This document shows, piece by piece, positions 6,341 through 10,101 of a DNA stretch of 10,101 nucleotides. A program made the translations under genes and the position numbers. Positions within the stretch are counted from its first letter, which is position 1; each line of letters begins with the position of its first letter. Source of the stretch: a virus. The DNA is taken from the UHGV virus genome UHGV-1546666; one strand, written 5' to 3'. A model generated the notes under the pieces. That model was given only the letters and a program-made list of their open reading frames with translations, was not told the origin of the DNA and did no database searches.

Positions 6341-6448
6341 TGCGGTCTCCCTAGTATTAATCACACACCCATTACACACAATTTGTGATTAACAGTCAAC
6401 CTCAATTCGTGTACAGAGTTCAATCACGTTGCGTGTTACATTTAAAGG
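6341..6448. promoter_or_regulatory. Divergent pR/pRM promoter region with oR operators
   Basis: pR on the minus strand: -35 TTGACT (6399..6394), 17-nt spacer, -10 TGTAAT (6376..6371). Operator-like dyads with CACA...TGTG half-sites: cacaatttgtg (about 6377-6387), cacgttgcgtg (about 6424-6434), and the 9-bp arms ttaatcaca / tgtgattaa at 6357-6365 / 6383-6391. The weak -10-like tacatt 7 nt before the cI ATG suggests a leaderless cI transcript, as in lambda. Confidence 0.55.
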
Positions 6449-7096
6449 ATGAAAACGATGCATGAAATTATCGGGGAAAGGATCAAGTCCCTTAGAGAAG
6501 CTAAAGGACTTAGCCAGGCTCAATTGGCCAAGCTTTGCGGCTGGGCTGCGCCTTCACGCCTGGGGAACTACGAGTTAGGAACAAGAAAGGTTAGCGCGGA
6601 TGACGCGCTGGTTCTTGGGGCGGCACTCGGCGTATCTCCGGCAAAAATAATGTTTGGCGAGGATTCAGACGCTGTATTTCGCCAATATGAGTACCCGTTA
6701 TTTTCTTCAGTGCAGGCCGGGCCGTTTTCGGAGGTTGGAAGCTACACAGCAAGCGATGCAAAGGCATGGGTCCCAACGACCACAAAAGCCAGCGAAAAAG
6801 CTTTCTGGCTTGAGGTGAAAGGCCATTCTATGACTGCGCCACAGGGCGTAAGGCCGAGTTTTCCTGAGGGTATGCTGATACTCGTTGATCCGGCCGAGCC
6901 GGTAGAGTCTGGGGATTTCTGCGTGGCTTCTGCAAATGGTGATTCAGAGGCAACGTTCAAGAAGTATGAGAAGGATGCAGGGGTTAGTTACTTGGTTCCA
7001 TTGAATCCGGCATACAGAACCCTGGACTGCGATCACACATGCCGCATCATAGGCAAGGTAGTTAAGGCTCAGTGGCCTGAAGAGACGTTTGGATGA
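6449..7096 (+). CDS. cI: CI-type prophage repressor: N-terminal HTH plus C-terminal S24 (LexA-like) autopeptidase domain, 215 aa
   Basis: N-terminal HTH segment [24 protein letters not shown]. Ala-Gly cleavage site in SSVQAGPF. Catalytic Ser in KGHSMTAP and Lys in RIIGKVVKA. Divergent from cro with operators between. Confidence 0.9.
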   Translation: MKTMHEIIGERIKSLREAKGLSQAQLAKLCGWAAPSRLGNYELGTRKVSADDALVLGAALGVSPAKIMFGEDSDAVFRQYEYPLFSSVQAGPFSEVGSYTASDAKAWVPTTTKASEKAFWLEVKGHSMTAPQGVRPSFPEGMLILVDPAEPVESGDFCVASANGDSEATFKKYEKDAGVSYLVPLNPAYRTLDCDHTCRIIGKVVKAQWPEETFG

Positions 7097-7146
7097 TGGA
7101 TGGTCGCAGAGATGCTCGTAGAGCATACAGCGATGCAGGAGAATTT

Positions 7147-7581
7147 ATGGCACTTAATTTAGAAAGAATATCTTTTATAACCCCATTTGATAGCAGCGAA
7201 GAACCCAACCAACCGACGCTTAATTTTACATGCAATGAATTTCCTGCGCGGCTATCGATTGATTTCAGGGTTGGTATGATCGGGTTGAAACCAAATTCAA
7301 GATATAATTTGGGTATTATGGTAATCCCCGCGCACCTAATTATAAAAAAAGGTGAGGAAATTCAATTCCCTGACGGCTCTTCGGAATCAGTTTCACTTTT
7401 CATCGATACGAAAGATAGCCATTTTGAAACAGGGGTTGGCGGACAGGTAATAGTAACATTGAAAGAAATTAGGGTCCCAGCTAAAGGGCTGTATAGTGTT
7501 ATAGGGATATTGCAAGATAATGAAGACCCTAAAAATGAACTTCATAAAAATGAATCATTTTTCACCGTAGAGCTATTATGA
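7147..7581 (+). CDS. Hypothetical protein A of the cI-linked accessory cassette, about 144 aa, no recognised domain
   Basis: Start chosen at the ATG at 7147 with RBS AGGAG and a 6-nt spacer (MALNLERISFITPFDSSEEPNQ...). The track's longer ORF starting at 7093 lacks a good RBS. AT-rich relative to cI. The stop overlaps the next gene's start (ATGA at 7578-7581). Confidence 0.6.
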   Translation: MALNLERISFITPFDSSEEPNQPTLNFTCNEFPARLSIDFRVGMIGLKPNSRYNLGIMVIPAHLIIKKGEEIQFPDGSSESVSLFIDTKDSHFETGVGGQVIVTLKEIRVPAKGLYSVIGILQDNEDPKNELHKNESFFTVELL

Positions 7582-8198
7582 GTGACGACAGTAATTTAAA
7601 TAATCATGGAAAGCAAGACACCAACATATCTGAAAGCCGGAGGTTGAAGGTTGTTGGCGGTTCCGATTTTGAGGCTGAATTTGATAATTCTCCCACCAAG
7701 GTGCAAAATAATTACATAAAACCGCCACAAACGGAGGAAGAAGTGGGAACGATCAGCAGAGAGGAACTTGATGCTCGCTTAGCTGCTAATAAAGCAGAGA
7801 TGGAGTCTATTGCTTCTTCCATTAGGACTGACATGGCTCTATCTCGTGAAAGCGTTAATGTCCAATTTGCATCACTTAATGCAGCCATAAGCTCTCTATC
7901 GTCCAAGATCGATGGAAAGATGGATAGCGCTGCTGGCGATATAAAAGCAATTAATGGGAGATTCGAAGGAATTCAAGGACAAATAACAGGGGTTAATACC
8001 GCAATTAGTGGTGTTCAGTCGGGTATTTCTATACGATTAGCCATTTTTAGTGTCATTATCGCTGTAATAGTTGCGATTCCCGGGCTGGTATCAGCTTTAA
8101 AGTCAGACCACGCACCTTTGCAACAGCCTTCCACTTTGCAAGCGCCGCCACAAAATACCCAGCCAACAGACAACAAAAAAATCACTCCCCAGCATTAA
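7578..8198 (+). CDS. Hypothetical protein B of the cI-linked cassette, 206 aa: polar N-terminus, Ser/Ala/Gly-rich coiled-coil-like segment, single C-terminal transmembrane helix, Pro/Gln-rich tail
   Basis: Track ORF, translationally coupled to protein A. The hydrophobic stretch RLAIFSVIIAVIVAIPGLVSAL lies near the C-terminus. The middle segment has heptad-like repeats (ASLNAAISSLSSKIDGKMDSAAGDIKAINGRFEGIQGQITGVNTAISGVQSGI). A terminator follows directly. Confidence 0.65.
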   Translation: MSDDSNLNNHGKQDTNISESRRLKVVGGSDFEAEFDNSPTKVQNNYIKPPQTEEEVGTISREELDARLAANKAEMESIASSIRTDMALSRESVNVQFASLNAAISSLSSKIDGKMDSAAGDIKAINGRFEGIQGQITGVNTAISGVQSGISIRLAIFSVIIAVIVAIPGLVSALKSDHAPLQQPSTLQAPPQNTQPTDNKKITPQH

Positions 8199-8206
8199 CG
8201 CATTAA

Positions 8207-8230
8207 CCCGGCCTCAGCGCCGGGTTTTTT
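8207..8230 (+). terminator. Rho-independent terminator closing the cI / protein A / protein B operon
   Basis: Stem cccggc (8207-8212) / gccggg (8219-8224), loop ctcagc, followed by TTTTTT (8225-8230). Confidence 0.6.
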
Positions 8231-8443
8231 GTTGCCTGCACATAACTATCAGGACAGCACCTGCCAGCCAGCCCAAGCCTCTGATTAAATTACTATAATT
8301 CTTAATACAACTCCCATATCCCGCCATCTCGTCACCACCTACTTCGCTCGTTTTTCGAACTTTTCAGCACACCATCCTGCTGTTTCCCCCGCCTTAAGTA
8401 AGCAAACCCATCGCGGGGAAAACTATTTACACAAAAAAATCAT

Positions 8444-8512
8444 ACACATAACGTGTCACACCCTTATTTTACACATTTTGTGATTGACCATTAAATCACA
8501 ATATGTGACTAT
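8444..8512 (+). promoter_or_regulatory. pL-like promoter with oL operators
   Basis: -35 TTGACC (8484-8489), 17-nt spacer, -10 GACTAT (8507-8512; lambda pL has GATACT). Three dyads of the same CACA...TGTG family as oR: acacataacgtgt (8444-8456), cacattttgtg (8472-8482), tcacaatatgtga (8496-8508). Confidence 0.5.
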
Positions 8513-8558
8513 TATTTCCATCAGCAGGACGCTGGTAGCCAAACGGAAAAGATTGGCA

Positions 8559-8605
8559 GGCTCTTTAAACAACGTCGAACACTCGACTACGTGGCTGAAA
8601 AGCCA
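8559..8605 (+). promoter_or_regulatory. nutL-like site (boxA plus boxB hairpin) in the pL-to-N leader
   Basis: boxA-like GGCTCTTTAAACAAC (about 8559-8573) and hairpin UGGCU-GAAA-AGCCA (8592-8605). Both parallel the nutR candidate. Confidence 0.5.
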
Positions 8606-8703
8606 GATCACCCAACCACATAAGCTGTGGGATGCAATGCCGAAGCAACCGTCTCAGGAGGAGCTTCGAGATTGCATCGCCAAAGTTTATTCGGGAGGAA
8701 TCT

Positions 8704-8976
8704 ATGTCCAGAAAAACAGAATTTAAAGGCACCGCAGCTTCTCGCCGTAGAGCTCGTCGCGCAAACCTGCAAAGTCAGGAGTCGATTAGCTCCGACAAGC
8801 TACACAGGCCAACCCCTTCACGAGTGGTCTTGCAATGCAAGCGCAAACCAGCAATGAGAGCAGAAGTTATAACTCTGACAACGTTGACCAGAAAATATGA
8901 AGGTTCAACTTGTCTTCCAAACGTAGCCATTTACGCTGCAGGCTACCGTAAATCCAAACAACTGACAGCAAGATGA
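8704..8976 (+). CDS. N: N-like transcription antiterminator, about 90 aa, with arginine-rich motif
   Basis: Track ORF trimmed to the ATG at 8704 (RBS GGGAGGA). The N-terminus MSRKTEFKGTAASRRRARRANLQ carries an arginine-rich motif that resembles the phage 21 / P22 class of N proteins (from memory). Located downstream of the pL and nutL candidates. Confidence 0.7.
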   Translation: MSRKTEFKGTAASRRRARRANLQSQESISSDKLHRPTPSRVVLQCKRKPAMRAEVITLTTLTRKYEGSTCLPNVAIYAAGYRKSKQLTAR

Positions 8977-9037
8977 CTTGTGTTGGTCGCCAGAAAATGA
9001 AATTAGGCAGCAAACCACTTATTTGAGAGGAATTAAT

Positions 9038-9661
9038 ATGTCATCAATCCGCTTAACTACGAGAATGAAAGAGGAAATCGCTCGTAACGCTTTAATTAAG
9101 TCCGGGGTGTTCACTGAACTTGAAGAAGTAACAAAGTTAAAGAACCAGCTTGCACTTGACGCCAGAGTTATTGCGTTTGGCGGGAAAAAGAAAACCGAAG
9201 AAGTGGACCAGCTGGCATCAAAGTTAATGGCTGCAAGTGAGGAACTTCAAAAGCTGGGATGTTCATTTTACTCATGCGATGTCAGTTCATGTTCGATTTA
9301 TCTGACTGTATCTGGAAGAAGGGTTGGCTGGCATTCATACGGAAAAGACGGCAACGGTGAAGATATATTGCTCCCTACCCCCGACAAAGATAAATGCATG
9401 TTTGACGCAGAACACAAAATAACAAAAAGGTTTGATGAAATCTGCGCATTGCAACAAAAACTTGAAGCCAGGAAAAAGGATATAGAATCAAACGTATGGG
9501 CTGCTTTGAACTCAGTCACAACAGTTAAGCGACTTATTGAAGTTTGGCCTGAAAGCAAAGAGTTGCTACCAAAAGAAGCAGATAAAGCAAGTGCAGCACT
9601 TCCTGCTTTACGGGTAGAAGATTTGAATAAGATGATTGGACTTCCTTCCGAGGCCGCATAA
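9038..9661 (+). CDS. Hypothetical protein, about 207 aa, between N and the first leftward terminator
   Basis: Track ORF trimmed to the ATG at 9038 (RBS GAGAGGA; MSSIRLTTRMKEEIARNALIKSG...). No family recognised. It occupies the slot where lambda carries ral / sieB / ea10-type accessory genes. Confidence 0.6.
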   Translation: MSSIRLTTRMKEEIARNALIKSGVFTELEEVTKLKNQLALDARVIAFGGKKKTEEVDQLASKLMAASEELQKLGCSFYSCDVSSCSIYLTVSGRRVGWHSYGKDGNGEDILLPTPDKDKCMFDAEHKITKRFDEICALQQKLEARKKDIESNVWAALNSVTTVKRLIEVWPESKELLPKEADKASAALPALRVEDLNKMIGLPSEAA

Positions 9662-9705
9662 TCGACCTTTATTTTTGGCATAAACAACAGAATAAACACT
9701 GCACT

Positions 9706-9733
9706 GTGTATTCATTCCAACGAGTGAATACAC
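9706..9733 (+). other. 9-bp stem hairpin (gtgtattca ... tgaatacac) with 10-nt loop
   Basis: Perfect 9-bp inverted repeat at 9706-9714 / 9725-9733. There is no adjacent T-run, so it is not a classical terminator. Confidence 0.3.
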
Positions 9734-9795
9734 GGAGCAATGTCGCTCGTAACTAAACAGGAGCCGACTTGTTCTGATTATTGGAAATCTTCTTT

Positions 9796-9819
9796 GCCCT
9801 CCAATGTGAGGGCTTTTTT
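9796..9819 (+). terminator. Rho-independent terminator (tL-like) upstream of cIII
   Basis: Stem gccctc (9796-9801) / gagggc (9808-9813), loop caatgt, followed by TTTTTT (9814-9819). Confidence 0.6.
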
Positions 9820-9885
9820 ATATGCATACCAATAACGCTTCACTAGAGGCGTTTTCGTTATGTGTAAATAAATAAGGAGCACACC

Positions 9886-10026
9886 ATGCAATATGCCATT
9901 GCAGGGTGGCCTGTTGCTGGCTGCCCTTCCGAATCTTTACTTGAACGAATCACCCGTAAATTACGTGACGGATGGAAACGCCTTATCGACATACTTAATC
10001 AGCCAGGAGTTCCCAAAAATGGATAA
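9886..10026 (+). CDS. cIII: CIII (FtsH inhibitor), 46 aa, apparently truncated by a premature stop
   Basis: Manual translation gives MQYAIAGWPVAGCPSESLLERITRKLRDGWKRLIDILNQPGVPKNG*, which matches lambda CIII (54 aa from memory). RBS TAAGGAG. After the TAA the same frame still encodes NTYGYPD*, the expected CIII tail. Below the track threshold. Confidence 0.75.
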   Translation: MQYAIAGWPVAGCPSESLLERITRKLRDGWKRLIDILNQPGVPKNG

Positions 10027-10101
10027 AACACTTATGGCTATCCAGACTAAATTCACTATCGCCACTTTTATTGGTGATGAAAAGATGTTTCGTGAAGCCG
10101 T
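10019..10101 (+). CDS. kil: Kil (host-killing, FtsZ-targeting) protein, N-terminal part only; continues past the window end
   Basis: The ATG at 10019 gives MDKTLMAIQTKFTIATFIGDEKMFREA..., which matches my recollection of the lambda Kil N-terminus (MDQTLMAIQTKF...). It overlaps the 3' end of cIII, as in lambda. Confidence 0.65.
   Translation, partial: MDKTLMAIQTKFTIATFIGDEKMFREA

Noticed and set aside
6591-7126. Three minus-strand ORFs antisense to cI (6591..6785, 6742..6960, 6944..7126)
   Set aside because: Antisense to a repressor gene with clear catalytic and cleavage motifs, and no promoter or RBS context.
7093-7146. Longer N-terminal extension of cassette protein A starting at the ATG that overlaps the cI stop
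   Set aside because: No Shine-Dalgarno before 7093, whereas the ATG at 7147 has AGGAG with ideal spacing; the extension is Arg-rich and overlaps cI. Kept as a possible alternative start only.
7712-7906. Minus-strand 64-aa ORF antisense to cassette protein B
   Set aside because: Shadow of the Ser/Ala-rich coiled-coil region, with no start signals.
8484-8857. Plus-strand ORFs 8484..8726 and 8627..8857 across the pL / nutL leader and the N start
   Set aside because: The first begins on the -35 hexamer of pL and spans the nut site. Both are better explained as an untranslated leader plus the N gene in its own frame (8704..8976, with RBS).
9298-9699. Minus-strand 133-aa ORF antisense to the 207-aa gene
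   Set aside because: Antisense to an ORF with a good RBS, and it would be transcribed against pL transcription. Low-complexity Ser-rich translation.
9759-9827. Possible 22-codon ORF (MSLVTKQEPTCSDYWKSSLPSNV) with a GGAG RBS ending in the terminator hairpin
   Set aside because: Very short with no recognisable features, and its 3' end is the terminator stem; more likely non-coding leader.
1-10101. Looked for CRISPR repeats, tRNA/rRNA genes and integrase or attachment sites
   Set aside because: No regularly spaced direct repeats with spacers, no tRNA-like cloverleaf candidates and no integrase-like ORF were evident; the window is confined to the immunity and early region.

Overview
This window is the immunity and early region of a lambda-like (lambdoid) prophage, in inverted orientation relative to the standard lambda map. 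The rightward operon is on the minus strand: cro, nutR, cII, O, P, ren, small ORFs, ninB, an HNH homing endonuclease, a ninE remnant, an independently transcribed accessory gene, a Rha-family regulator and the start of ninG. The leftward operons are on the plus strand: cI, a two-gene AT-rich cassette at the position lambda uses for rexAB, a terminator, pL/oL, nutL, N, an unknown 207-aa gene, a terminator, cIII and the start of kil. The core genes are recognisably lambda-like, but O and P are frameshifted and ninE is truncated, while the SOS-cleavable cI repressor looks intact. This suggests a replication-defective prophage that has kept immunity and several accessory insertions. The most interesting candidate for an undescribed system is the cI-linked two-gene cassette (7147..8198): a small soluble protein translationally coupled to a C-terminally membrane-anchored coiled-coil protein. 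The second candidate is the self-contained 337-aa gene with its own promoter, operator and tandem terminators (953..2205). All family calls are from reading the translations and from memory of lambda proteins; no database search was run. CDS coordinates include the stop codon. No tRNA, rRNA or CRISPR array was seen.
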